DNA of 64,000 bases from positions 58,032,001 to 58,096,000 of the forward strand of contig CM060732.1 in assembly GCA_030704615.1 (NCBI GenBank). The letters are read 5' to 3'. A model generated the notes under the pieces. The model did no database searches. It was not told the DNA's origin and saw only the letters and a program-made list of their open reading frames with translations. Source of the stretch: Takakia lepidozioides (Eukaryota > Plantae > Bryophyta). The position numbers and the translations under genes were made by a program. Positions 14,041-27,767 of this stretch are shown piece after piece (position 1 is the stretch's first letter; every line of letters begins with the position of its first letter).

Positions 14041-17000
14041 TGTCGCGCACCTCATTTCGGTAAGCTCCCCCTTCAAGTCATAGTTACTCGCTTTGATGCG
14101 CGCGCCTAACTCCCAACCTGGCCGCCGGGTCAACTCGGAGCTTCGGCTGCTCACCGTGACATAACGGTCCCCCTTTCTTTCCCCAACAGACCCTCCACCG
14201 ATTTGGGCCTAGTGGAAATTCCCTTTGGTAGATGGCAGTCCGGAATAGCTCCCCACTCCTTGGTCGCTTTCCGGCTCACTCGCTTACTCACTAGTTTTTG
14301 GTCACCAACGGGCTTGCACCATTCTCGGGGTTACTACTCCCTATATATACTTCTGTGACTGTCGCGGGGGGTTCCACAAACAACACCATCCTTTTATGGC
14401 GAACCACCACGAAGACCCTCGATTCTCGGTGATGAGTCGCGGTGAGTCTTGGCCCACCCACCACGGCCCCATTGGACCGTGACGAGTCCCAAGACTCCCC
14501 ACGACTCCCACCACAAGGTCTCTGCCCCATGGTGAGTCCTATGCCACCCCCACTAAGACCCACTACGCTACCACCACCCCTCGTGGAACCACCCCCACCG
14601 CAACCTGGTGTGCGGGGCTCCACCTAGAGAGCGCCTCCGCCTCCTTGAGTGTCTTGGGCACTCAAGGGTGCTTCAGTCCCGCATCTATTGTTGCGCTGCC
14701 CCCACCATAGGGGCAGCCCCTCTTGTGTCCCGACTTCCTGCCCTCAAGGCAAAGGGCCGCGACACACACCCCTACCAACAGGGAGTCGATGTCTTCATCG
14801 ACTTATCCATTTTGTAGAAACGTACATCCAAGTTGTGGCGTCCCATAGCAAGGAGTTTGTTTCCGCACCATGGCGTCCCATGGCTAAGAACCAAACCCCC
14901 ACTTGACTCTACTCTCCACTAGCTAGTTCGGCCACCTTCCTCCAAGTCCCGCCCAAGGGTGGAGCCTCTCAAGTTCCTCCCAGTGCACTCTTCTTGGCCT
15001 ACTTCAAGGCCAAGGAACAATCCTCCCCGAGGATCGAATTGCCTTACTGCAACAACATTGCTTGCGATCGCTCATGATGTCGCTTTTGGCATTACCTTGA
15101 GCAAGGGTTCACCTTGAACCCTTTTTGACTAGGAAGATAACCTTGAACCAACCGTGCGCCCCAATCACTACAATTGGGTCCGCCTTGGAATGCTGGCCTG
15201 AGGTACGGGAACACGCCAAAGCCGCACTACGGCTTCGTCCCGAGGCTACACGATTATAGTACGTGAACAGAAGCACGTAGCTTCCGCGTTAGCCCGCACT
15301 ACAAGGCAACCCCCTCGGTAGCGCAGTTATAGTACGCGCACGCGCCAGATGCGCACTAGCACGTGAACTCCTAAAGAAGGCGCAAGTTTCCTTGTCCCTT
15401 GGATGGGAGTCACCCGATTTTGGCACTGCGCAAATACACGATTAATCCAATTTACCTCTCCCACTTTTGTGAGCTAGCATGCATTCTACACACTAACCAA
15501 CCATACCATGCATCACCATTCCAAACAAAATAGGACGCACAACATTTGGGAACCATTTCATTTATACCAAAATTTGTACAATACAAGTTTCTGCAATCGG
15601 ATTCCTGAGCTAGCTAAGCCGGGCTTAAGCATGCATTTCCTCCCCCACGCTCCAAGGTTGATGTCCCCATCAACGCTTCTTCCGCTTTTGAGGTCGCCCT
15701 TCGAAAGCTGCAACCGCCTCGGATGCGTTCCCCATTTCTGAGGCACGCACCCAAGATGCCTCCACATGATGATAGCCTTTCCATTTCACGAGATACTCCA
15801 TTTCTCGATTCTTGAACCTCCTCGACTTAAGCACTGCCTCCACCTTGTACTCAGGTTCATTTTCATGATCCAACAGCACAGGTGGCGGACGCAACACTTG
15901 AGGTCGATTCGGACGCGCTTCATCTTTAAAGTAAGGCTTCAAAAGGGAGACGTGGAATACTGGATGCACTTTGTTGTTCGGCGGCAGCTCCAACTCATAC
16001 ACGTCCTCATTCATAACCTTCCGGATGCGAAAGGGTCCCATATACGGAGGTACGAACTTCGGACTCACTTCCGGAGGTAGTCGAAAATTCTTGATGTTCA
16101 ACCAGACCTCCGTGCCTGCCTCAAACTTCACTTCCCTCCGTTTCCGATTTGCTTGCCGTTCATACCGTTTCCTAGCTTTGGCGAAGTTATACTTTGCGAG
16201 CTTCAACAAGCGCTCGCGTTCCTCCAACACCACTGCTGCTGCCGGTTCCTCTACGTCTTGGGCGGCCCAACTTATCGGCACTAGAGGTGCTTTTCCATAG
16301 ACCAATACGAAAGGGGAAACACCCGTTGCGGAGTGTTTTGCGTTATTATAACAGAACTCTGCCGCGTCCAAGTGCTCCACCCAGTCCGATTGGTCCACCG
16401 ACACGTAATTCCGCAAGATCTGCTTCACTACGGAATTCACCTTTTCCGTTTGGCCGTCCGTCGTAGGTCGGAAGGCGGTGCTCATCTTGAGCCTCGTCCC
16501 CATTTTCTTCCACAGTGCCCTCCAAAAGTTACTTGTAAACTTTGGATCGCGGTCCGAGACAATATCCTTCGGGAGTCCATGATGCTTGAAGACGTGGGTA
16601 AAGTAAAGTCGCCCCGTCTCCTGCGCCGTTGCCGTCTCCTTGGTGGGGATGAAATGGCCCATTTTACTGAACCTATCCACCACCACCATGATTGCATCGA
16701 ATCCTTTTGACAACGGCATAGCAGTCATGAAATCCATCGAGACACTTTCCCAAGACCCCTCTGGAATCGGCAAGGGTTGTAACAGCCCTGCTTGCTTTTT
16801 ATACTCGCTCCGGTTTTGTTGGCATGTGGTGCATATCTTGACATACTCATCGGCCTCCTCCCTCAGTTTGGGCCAGAAATACTCTTTCTTCAAGAGTGTC
16901 GCGGTGCGTTTGGCTCCGCCATGGCCCGCAAGCGGGCCATCATGGCATTCTCTCAAGAGACTATCTCTGATCCCTCCCTTCGGCACATAGAGACGTTTTT

Positions 17001-20000
17001 GCTTATACTGGAGCAGTCCATTTTGCAAGTGGAACTGCGATTTAACCCCCATCCTCAAGTCTCGCATCACGGACTTTGCCATCTCATCCTTCTGGTAAGC
17101 CTTTCGGATCTTTCTTTGGAGCGCCGTCTCGCCCTTGTACACCATCATGAGCTGCTGCTTTCTACTTAAAGCATCGGCCACCACATTGTCCCGTCCCGGT
17201 TTGTATTGGATATCCACGTCGAACAGTGCCAAAGTGTCTTGCCACCTAATTTGTTTTGGGGACAACTTAGGTTGCGTGGCAAAATACTTCACCGTGACAT
17301 TGTCCATGAACACCTTCACCGGGTTGGAACTAATATAGTGGCGCCAAAGCTCAAGGCAATGCACCACCGCCTTCATTTCTTACGCCACCGTCGCTCCACT
17401 TCATTCAGTTTCTTACTTTCGTAAGCCACTGGACGTCCATCCTGCATGAGTACACCCCCAATTGCGAAGTCCGACGCATCTGTATGAATCTCAAATGGAC
17501 GGTCGAATTCCGGGATTTTGAGGACTGGAGCTTCCGCCATCCGCTGCTTCAACTCAGCAAAAGTTTGGCCACAAAATGTGTTCCATACCCAGACTTTGGA
17601 TTTACACAGAAGGTCTGACAACGGCCCCGCGATCTTGGCAAAATTTCTCACATACTTCCGATAATAGGAGGCGAGTCCAAGGAAGGATCGCACTCCCGGA
17701 ACCAAAGTCGGAGGCTCCTAGTCCAAGATCGCCCTCACCTTTCTGTCATCCATTTTTATCCCATCCTGTGTAATCACATGCCCCAGAAACTCCACTTTTA
17801 TGACCCTGAATTCGCACTTTGAAGCTTTGGCATACAGCTTCCCTTCCCGCAATTTCTGGAACACCTTTTTTAGGTGCTCCAGGTGCTTTTCCTTTGTTTT
17901 CGAGTACATCAAGATGTCGTCGATGTACACGATCATAAAGTCATCCAACCACTCCTGGAAAAGGCTGTTCATTAGTGTGCTAAAGGTAGCGGGTGCGTTG
18001 GTGAGCCCAAAAGGCATCACCAAGAACTCATATGAACCATACCTTGTCCTGCATGCGGTCTTCTCATCGTCTCCTTCTGCCACTTGAACTTGATGGTAGC
18101 CGGAGCGCAAATCGATCCGGCTAAAATACTTCGCTCCTGCCAACTGATTAAAAAGGTCGTCGATCCTTGGCAAAGGGTACCGATTTTTTATAGTCACCTT
18201 ATTTAGAGCCCTGTAATCGACACACATCCGCAGCGTCCCATCCTTCTTGTCTGCGAATAGCACCGGGGCTCCGTAAGGTGACTTACTCGGCCGGATGTAC
18301 CCCTTTGACACTAGATCTTTGAGCTGAGTCTTCAGCTCAACCAACTCTCTGTGGCTCAACCGGTAGGGCGCCTTGGCAGGTGGCTCCGATCCCGGTATCA
18401 CCTCAATCTTGTGGTCAACTCCTCTTCGCGGTGGCAAGCCGCTTGGTAAGTCCTCCGACATCACATCCTGGTATTTCTCCAAAATCCCCTTGATCCAATC
18501 TGGGCTCGGCTCCCTATCACTTTCTCCCTTCACTTGTCTTACATAAAGCAAAAACTGGGGCTCGTGTGACTCCTCCACGACCCATTCCCTTGCTGACAGA
18601 AAGTTTATTCGCCCTCCCACGGGGTTGGGCGTTTCCGACACTCGTAAAACTTCGCCACCATTCCCACACGGTAGCGTAACTACTCTCTTGCGGCCATCTA
18701 TGACCGCTCCGGATCTGCTCAAAAGGTCATCCCCAAAATGAGATCCACTCCATCGATCTCGCAAATGGTGAAGTTCTCACGTCCCTCCCAACTCCCCAGT
18801 TGAAGAGGAACATCAAACGCCAACCTTGTCGCCAATTGTGGTTCTTTTTTGGCAGAACGCACCTCAATAGAGGCCCCCACATCACTTGTCGGGAGTCCTA
18901 GCTTCCGTGCCGTTGCCGGCGTCATGAAGGAGTGCGACGCTCATGTGTCCACCAACAACGACACGTTAGTTCCGGAGATTATCCCACTCACAAACATTAA
19001 CTGAGTCCCTTTACGCAAGGCGCCAGTTTCCTGATACAACTCACAAGAATAGTTGCCTACCTTGCAAGTCTTGGCGACCACTGCCTCCACCAAGCGGCTA
19101 ATGGAATCCTCGGAGAACTCCGTGGTTGCCCGAGTCATGTTCAATTGTCGGGGTTTCACGCACTTTTTTGCCATATGCCCAGGTTCCCCGCAATTAAAGC
19201 ACACTCCATTGAAGGTTGTCTTCTGCGCGCCATAAGCCGCCGTACCTGGTTTTCCTTTCGGGGCACCGGGTGCCGTCTTGACGTGTGAGGGCCCTCCCTT
19301 TGATTTCCATGTGCTATTGTCGCTGCGTGGCCTATCCCATTTCTTTTCCGGTCGGAAGGAGTCACCCTCCCGCCGGGTCTTCTTGTGGTTCAGCTCCGTA
19401 CGGCCTTGTCTTTCGCCCCTAGGGACATCCGAGAAGCATTCAGCCCTCTCAATTGCCTCGTTCAAAGTCTTAGGTGGCTTCTCCTCCAACTTCCGCCTGG
19501 CCCATGGGGCCAGTCCCGCCACAAAGTTGAAGACCATTTCTGGTTCTGCCATGTCCGCGACTTTGAACAACAGCACATTGAAAGCCGGAACATATCTCCG
19601 AATGTCATCTGTTTGCTTCAAATTCCTCATCTTGTCCCGGGCGAGCCAGGACGCGTTGAGGGTCATAAACTGTCTCCAGGTGTTGAGTGCCTTCCGATTT
19701 TGGACGCCCTCGAAGGTGCCGGGTTCCTTAGGCTTCACCTTAAACTTTGCCTTAGTGGAGGTAGCATTAGCTGCCTTCAACACGTCTTTCAACGTCCCGC
19801 CAAACTGCGCCAACAACCCTTCCCAAAAAGGCTGCTGGCATGGGGGGCATCTGTTGGTTTGTCGGAGCTCTTAGGAATTCCTCGGGCTCCGACTCCTCAG
19901 ATTCCTCCCGTTCTTGAGCGGCCTCATTTTCAAAAGCATGCATCGCTTCCTCAAATGGCCGCTTCGGTGACACGTCGCCCCCATTGGGCCCACCAGGATC

Positions 20001-21754
20001 ATCATCTTTTGGGCCGTTCCGCTTTCGCTTTGGCTTGCCCGACCCCATGATGAGGCCGATCCCAAGGACGATCGCGTACTGAACTCTAGGCTCTGATACC
20101 AAGTGTTGCGCACCTCACTTCGGTAATGTCGCGCACCTCACTTCGGTAAACTCCCCTTCAAGTCATAGTTACTCGCTTTGATGCGCGCGCCTGACTCCCA
20201 ACCTGGCCGCCGGGCCAACTTGGAGTTTCGGCTGCTCACCGGGACATAACGGTCCCCTTCGCTTCCTCTAAAACCCTCCACCTATTTGGGACTAGGAGAA
20301 TTCCCTTTGGTAGATGGCAGTCCGGAACAGCTCCCCACTCTTTGGTCGCTTTCCGGCTCGCTCGCTTACTCACTAGTTTTTGGTCACCAACGGGCTTGCA
20401 CCGTTCTCGGGGTTACTACTCCCTATATATACTTCTGTAGCTGTCCGCGGGGGTTTCATAACCAGCCATGCCATTTTATGGCGAACCACCACGAAAACCC
20501 TCGACTCCCGGTGGTGAGTCGCGGTGAGTCTTGGCCCACTCACCGCGGCCCCAATGGACCGTGATGAGTCCCAAGACTCCCCACGACTCCCACCTCGAGG
20601 TCTCCACCCCATGGTGAGTCCTATGCCACCCCCACTAAGTCCCACTAAGCTACCACCACCCCTTGTGGAGCCACCTCCACCGCAACCCGGTGTGCGGGGC
20701 TCCACCTAGTGAGCGCCTCCGCCTCCTTGAGTGCCTTGGGCACTCAAGGGTGCTTCAGCCCCCCATACCTATCGCCGCCGCTGCCCCCACCACAGGGGCA
20801 GCCCCTCATGTGTCCCGACCCCCTGCCCTCAAGGCAAAGGGCCGCGACACACACCCCTACCAACAGGGAGTCGATGTCCTCATCGACTTGTCCATTTTGT
20901 AGAAACGAACATCCAAGTTGTGGCGTCCCACATCAAGGAGTTTGTTTCCGTACCATGGCGTCCCATGGCAAAGAACCAAACCCCACACTTGACTCCACTC
21001 TCCACTAGCTAGTTCGGCCGACTTCCTCCAAGTCCCGGCCAAGGGTGGAGCCTCTCCAGCTCCTCCCAGTGCACTCTTCTTGGCCTACTTCAAGGCCAAG
21101 GAACGATCCTCCCCGAGGATCGAATCGCCTTACTGCAACAACATTGCTTGCGATCGCTCATGATGCCGCTTTTGGCATCACCTTGAGCAAGGGTTCACCT
21201 GGAACCCTCTTTGACTAGGAAGATAACCTTGAACCAACCGTGCGCCCCAATCACTACAATTGGGTCCGCCTTGGAATGCTGGCCTGAGGTACGGGAACAC
21301 GCCGAAGCCGCACTACGACTTCGTCCCGAGGCTACACGATTATAGTACGTGAACGGAAGCACGTAGCTTCCGCGTTAGCCCGCACTACAAGGCAACCCCC
21401 TCGGTAGCGCAGTTATAGTACGCGCACGCGCCAGGTGCGCACTAGCACTTGAACTCCCAAATAAGGCGCAAGTTTCCTTGCCCTTGGATGGGAGTCACCC
21501 GATTTCGGCACTGCGCAAACACACGATTAACTCAATTTACCTCTCCTACTTTTGTAAGCTAGCATGCATTCTACACACTAGTCAACCACACCATGCATCA
21601 CCATTTCAAACACAATAGGACGCACAATATTTGGAACCCATTTCCTTTATAACAAATTTTTGTACAATACAAGTTTTTGCAATCGGATTCCTGAGCTAGC
21701 TAAACCGGGCTAAGTATGCATTTCCTCCCCCACGCTCCAAGGTTGATGTCCCCA

Positions 21755-24700
21755 TCAACGTTTCTTCCGCTTTGAGGTCGCCCTTCGAACGCTGCAACTG
21801 CCTCGGATGCGTTTCCCATTTCTGAGGCACGCACCCAAGATGCCTCCACAAGATGATAGCCCTTCCATTTGACGAGATACTCCGTTTCTCGGTTCTTGAA
21901 CCTCCTCGACTTAAGTATTGCCTCCACCTCGTACTCGGGTTCATTTTCATGATCCAACAGCATAGGTGGCGGACGCAACACTTGCTGCCGATTCGGACGT
22001 GCTTCATCTTTGAAGTAAGGCTTCAAAAGGGAGACATGGAATACTGGGTGCACCTTGCTGTTTGCCGGCAGCTCCAATTCATACACATCCTCATTCATAA
22101 CCCTCCGAATGCGAAAGGGACCCGCATACGGAGGTACGAACTTCGGACTCACTTCCGGAGGTAGTCGAAAATTCTTGATGTTCAACCAGACCTCTGTGCC
22201 TGCCTCAAACTTCACTTCCCTCCGCTTCCGATTCGCCTGCCTTTCATACCGTTTCCTAGCTTTGGCAATGTTGTACTTTGCGAGCTTCAACAAACGCTCG
22301 CGTTCTTCCAGCACCGCCGCTACTGCCGGTTCCTCAACGTCCTGGGCGGCCCAACTTGTCGGCACCAGAGGTGCTTTTCCATAGACCAACACAAAAGGGG
22401 AAACTCCCGTCGCGGAGTGTTCTGTGTTATTATAACAGAACTCTGCCGCGTCTAAGTGTTCCATCCAGTCTGATTGGTCTGCCGACACGTAATTCCGCAA
22501 GAATTGCTTCACTACGGAATTCACTCTTTCCGTTTGGCCGTCCGTCGTAGGTCGGAAGGCGGTGCTCATCTTCAGCCTCGTCCCTATCTTCTTCCAAAGT
22601 GCTCTCCAAAATTTACTCGTAAACTTTGGGTCGCGGTCCGAGACAATATCCTTCGGGACTCCATGATGCTTTAAGACGTGGGCGAAGTAAAGTCGCCCTG
22701 TCTCCTGCGCCGTTGCCGTCTCCTTGGTGGGGATGAAATGGGCCATTTTACTGAACCTATCTACCACCACCATGATTGCATCGAATCCTTTTGACAGCGG
22801 CATAGCAGTCATGAAATCCATCGAGACGCTTTCCCAAGTCCCCTCTGGAATCGGCAAGGGTTGTAACAGCCCCGCTTGCTTTTTGTACTCGCTCCGGTTT
22901 TGTTGGCATGTGGTGCATGTCTTGACATACTCCTCTGCCTCCTCCCTCAGTTTGGGCCAGAAATACTCTTTCTTCAAGAGTGCCGCAGTGCGCTTGGCTC
23001 CGCCGTGGCCCGCAAGCAGGCTATCATGGCATTCTCTCAAGAGGCTATCTCTGATCCCTCCCTTTGGCACATAGAGACGTTTTTGCTTATACCGGAGCAG
23101 TCCTTTTGCAAGTGGAACTGCGATTTAACCCCCATTCTCAAGTCCTGCATCACGCGCTTTGCCAGCTCATCCTTCCGGCAAGCCTTCCGGATCTTCCTTT
23201 GGAGCGCCGTCTCGCCCTTGTACACCAACAAGAGCTGCTGCTTTCTACTTAAAGCATCGGCCACCACATTGTCCCGTCCCGGTTTGTACTGGATATCCAC
23301 GTCGAACACTGCCAAAGTATCTTGCCACCTAAGTTGTTTTGGGGACAACTTGGGCTGCGTGGCAAAATACTTCACCGTGACATTGTCCGTGAACACCTTC
23401 ACTGGGTTGGAACCAACATAGTGGCGCCAGAGTTCAAGGCAATGCACCACCGCCTTCATCTCTTTTTCGTGCGTCGGCCACCGTCGCTCCACTTCATTCA
23501 GTTTCTTACTTTCGTAAGCCACTGGACGTCCATCTTGCATAAGTACACCCCCAATCGCGAAGTCCGATGCATCTGTATGAATCTCAAACGGACGATCGAA
23601 CTCCGGGATTTTCAAGACTGGAGCTTCCGTCATCCGCTGCTTCAATTCAGCAAAAGCTTGGCCACAAAATGTGTTCCATACCCAGACTTTGGATTTACAC
23701 AGAAGGTCCGACAGCGGCCCCGCGATCTTGGCGAAATTTCTCACATACTTCCGGTAATAGGAGGCGAGTCCTAGGAAGGATCGCACTCCCGGGACCGAAG
23801 TCGGAGGCTCCCAGTCCAAGATCGCCCTCACCTTTCTGTCATCCATTTTGATCCCATCCTGTGTAATCACATGCCCCAGGAACTCCACTTTTGTGACCCC
23901 GAATTCGCACTTTGAAGCTTTGGCATACAGCTTCCCTTCCCGCAATTTTTGGAACACCCTTTTGAGGTGCTCCAGGTGCTCCTCCTTTGTTTTCGAGTAC
24001 ACCAAGATGTCGTCGATGTACACGATCACAAAGTCATCCAACCACTCCTGGAAAAGGCTGTTCATCAGCGTGCTAAATGTCGCTGGTGCATTGGTGAGCC
24101 CAAAAGGCATCACCAAGAACTCATATGAACCATACCTTGTCCTGCACGCGGTCTTCTCCTCATCTCCTTCTGCCACCCGAATTTGGTGATAGCCGGAGCG
24201 CAAGTCGATCCGGCTGAAATACTTCGCTCCTGCCAACCGATCGAAGAGGTCGTCGATCCTTGGCAAAGGGTACCGGTTTTTGATAGTCACCTTATTCAAG
24301 CCCTGTAATCGACACACATCCGCAGCGTCCCATCCTTCTTGTCTGCGAATAGCACCGGGGCTCCGTAAGGTGACTTACTCGGCCGGATGTACCCCTTTGA
24401 CATTAGATCCTTGAGCTGAGTCTTCAGCTCGACCAACTCTCTGTGGCTCAACCGGTAGGGCGCCTTGGCAGGCGGTTCCGATCCCGGTATCACCTCAATC
24501 TTGTGGTCAACTCCTCTTCGCGGTGGCAAGCCGCTTGGTAAATCCTCCGGCATCACATCCTGGTATTTCTCCAAAATCCCTTTGATCCAATCTGGGCTCG
24601 GCTCCCCATCGCCTTCTCCTTTCACTTCTCTAATGTAAAGCAAAAACTGGGACTCGTGTGCCTCCTCCACGGCCCACTCCTTTGCTGACAGAAGGTTTAT

Positions 24701-26315
24701 TCGCCCTCCCACGGATTTGGGCGTTTCCGACACTCGTAAAACTTCGCCACCATTCCCACATGGCAGCGTGACTACTCTCTTGCGGCCATCTATGACCGCT
24801 CCGGATTTGCTCAAAAAGGTCATCCCCAAAATGAGATCCACTCCATCGATCTCGCAGATAGTGAAGTTCTCACGTCCCTCCCAACTCCCCAGTTGAAGAG
24901 GAACATCAAACGCCAACCTTGTCGCCAACTGAGGTTCTCCTTTGGCAGAGCGCACCTCAATAGAGGCCCCCACGTCACTTGTCGGGAGTCCCAACTTTCG
25001 CGCCGCCGCCGGCGTCATGAAGGAGTGCGACGCTCCTGTGTCCACCAACAACGACACGTTAGTTCCGGATATTATCCCATCCACGAACAATAACTGACTC
25101 CCTTTACGCAGGGCGCCAGTTTCCTGATACAACTCACAAGAATAGTTGCCTACCTTGCAAGTCCTGGCGACCACCGCTTCCACCAAACGACTGATGGTAT
25201 CTTCCGACAGCTCCGTGGTCGCCCGAGTCATGTTCAATTGCCGGGGCTTCGTGCACTTCTTGGCCATGTGCCCGGGCTCCCCGCAATTGAAACACACTCC
25301 ATCAAAGGTCGCCTTCTGTCCGCCATAAGCCGCTCCACCCGCTTTTCCTTTCGAAGCACCGGGTGCCGCCTTGACGTGATGTGAAGGCCCTCCCTTCGAT
25401 TTCCACGTGCCATTTTCGCCGCGTGGCCTATCCCACTTCTTTTCCGGTCGGAGGAGTCACCTTCCCGCCGGGTCTTCTTGTGGTTCAGCTCCGTACGGCC
25501 TTGTCTCTCACCCCTAGGGACATCCGAGAAACATTCAGCTCTCTCAATTGCCTCGTTCAAAGTCTTGGGTGGCTTCTCCTCCAACTTCCGCCTAGCCCAT
25601 GGGGCCAGTCCCGCCACAAAGTTGAAGACCATTTCTGGTTCTGCCATGTCCGCGACTTCGAGCAACAGCACATTGAAAGCCTGGACATACCCCGAATGTC
25701 ATCTGTTTGCTTCAAATTCCTCATCTTGTCCCGGGCAAGCCAGGATGCGTTGAGGGGCACAAACTGTCTCTTCATCAATTCCTTGAACTCACTCCAGTTC
25801 AAGGTTTCCGGGCTTGGGCCTCGGTCGTGAAGGCGTTTCTGCCACCATTGTTGAGCATAGCCCCTCAAATAGGTGGGAGCCACTTCCACCCGATCCTCGT
25901 CACTCAACTTGGCCGCCCGGAAGTACTGCTCTAGCTCCAGGAGCCAGGTGTTGAGTGCCTTCCGGTTTCGAACGCCCTCAAAGGTGCCGGGTTCCTTAGG
26001 CTTCACCTTAAACTTTGCCTTAGTGGAAGTGGCATTAGCCGTCTTCAACACGTCTTTCAACGTCCCGCCAAACTGCGCCAACAACCCTTCCCAAAAGGCT
26101 GCTGGCATGGGAGGCATCTCTTGGTTTGTCGGAGCTCTCAAGGATTCCTCGGGCTCCGACTCCTCGGATTCCTCCCGCTCTTGAGCGGCCTCGTTTTCGG
26201 AAACATTCATCGCTTCCTCAAACGGCCGCCTCGGTGACACGTCGCCCCCATCGGGCTCACCGGGATCATCATCTTTTGGGCCGTTCCGCTTTCGCTTCGG
26301 CTTGCCCGACCCCAT
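21755..26315 (-). CDS. gag-pol polyprotein of copy D (gag, CCHC, protease, RT, RNase H, integrase, chromodomain), broken by several small indels
   Basis: Overlapping ORFs 25557-26369, 25234-25671, 24296-25297, 23037-24317, 21700-23070 give Ty3/gypsy domain order; motifs [51 protein letters not shown]. Confidence 0.9.
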
Positions 26316-26356
26316 GATGAGGCCGATCCCAAGGACGATCGCGTACTGAACTCTAA

Positions 26357-26368
26357 GCTCTGATACCA
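26357..26368 (-). promoter_or_regulatory. Primer-binding site complementary to the 3' end of initiator tRNA-Met
   Basis: TGGTATCAGAGC on the minus strand, 2 nt inside the 5' LTR boundary; also present at copies B and C. Confidence 0.92.
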
Positions 26369-27767
26369 AATGTCGCGCACCTCACTTCGGTAAACTCCCC
26401 TTCAAGTCATAGTTACCGCTTTGATGCGCGCGCCTGACTCCCAACCTGGCCGCCGGGCCAACTTGGAGTTTCGGCTGCTCACCGGGACATAACGGTCCCG
26501 TTCGCTTCCTCTAAAACCCTCCACCTATTTGGGACTAGGAGAATTCCCTTTGGTAGATGGCAGTCCGGAACAGCTCCCCACTCTTTGGTCGCTTTCCGGC
26601 TCGCTCGCTTACTCACTAGTTTTTGGTCACCAACGGGCTTGCACCGTTCTCGGGGTTACTATCCCTATATATACTTCTGTAGCTGTCCGCGGGGGTTTCA
26701 TAACCAGCCATGCCATTTTATGGCGAACCACCACGAAAACCCTCGACTCCCGGTGGTGAGTCGCGGTGAGTCTTGGCCCACTCACCGCGGCCCCAATGGA
26801 CCGTGATGAGTCCCAAGACTCCCCACGACTCCCACCCGAGGTCTCCACCCCATGGTGAGTCCTATGCCACCCCCACTAAGTCCCACTAAGCTACCACCAC
26901 CCCTTGTGGAGCCACCTCCACCGCAACCCGGTGTGCGGGGCTCCACCTAGTGAGCGCCTCCGCCTCCTTGAGTGCCTTGGGCACTCAAGGGTGCTTCAGC
27001 CCCCCATACCTATCGCCGCCGCTGCCCCCACCACAGGGGCAGCCCCTCATGTGTCCCGACCCCCTGCCCTCAAGGCAAAGGGCCGCGACAGGTAAGCTCC
27101 CCCCTTCAGTCATAGTTACTCGCTTTGATGCGCGCGCCTAACTCCCAACCTGGCCGCCGGGCCAAACTCGGAGCTTCGGCTGCTCAACGGGACATACGTC
27201 CCCATTTCTTTCCCCAACAGACCCTCCACCAATTTGGGCCTAGTGGAAATTCCCTTTGGTAGATGGCAGTCCGGAATAGCTCCCCACTCTTGGTCGCTTT
27301 CCCTCTCACTCGCTTACTCACTAGTTTTTGGTCACCAACGGCTTGCACCGTTCTCGGGGTTACTACTCCCTATATATACTCTGTGACTGTCCGCGGGGTT
27401 CCAAAAAACAATACATATTTTATGGGAACCACCACGAAGACCCTCGATTCTCGGTGATGAGTCGCGGTGAGTCTTGGCCCACCCACCACGGCCCTCTTGG
27501 ACGGTGATGAGTCCCAAGACTCCCAACACAAGGTCTCTGCCCTATGGTGAGTCCTATGCCACCCCCACTAAGACCCACTACGGACCACCACCCGACCGCA
27601 ACCGGTGTGCGGGGCTCCACCTAGTGAGCGCCTCCGCCTCCTTGAGTGCCTTGGGCACTCAAGGGTGCTTCAGTCCCGCATCTATTGTTGCCGCTGCCCC
27701 CACCATAGGGGCAGCCCCTCTTGTGTCCCGACTTCCTGCCCTCAAGGCAAAGGGCCGCGACACTAAA

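Larger units (their letters stand above)
20127..27090 (-). mobile_element. Full-length young chromovirus copy D (Galadriel-like lineage) nested in the 5' LTR of copy C
   Basis: LTRs 20127-20849 and 26371-27090 nearly identical; perfect 5-bp TSD GGTAA (20122-20126 / 27091-27095); PBS and PPT present; [12 protein letters not shown] and KLSPKQ.RWQ motifs and group I chromodomain suggest Galadriel. Confidence 0.95.
14041..27762 (-). mobile_element. Chromovirus copy C (3' LTR 14041-14764; gag-pol ~15670-20048; 5' LTR split into 20104-20126 and 27096-27762 by copy D)
   Basis: LTR pair shares diagnostic variants (CAGTCCCGCATCTATTG, CCCGACTTCCTGCC); near-TSD CCAAA/CTAAA; PBS next to 20104; in-frame gag deletion, TAG at 17718, small deletion near 17376. 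Confidence 0.92.
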
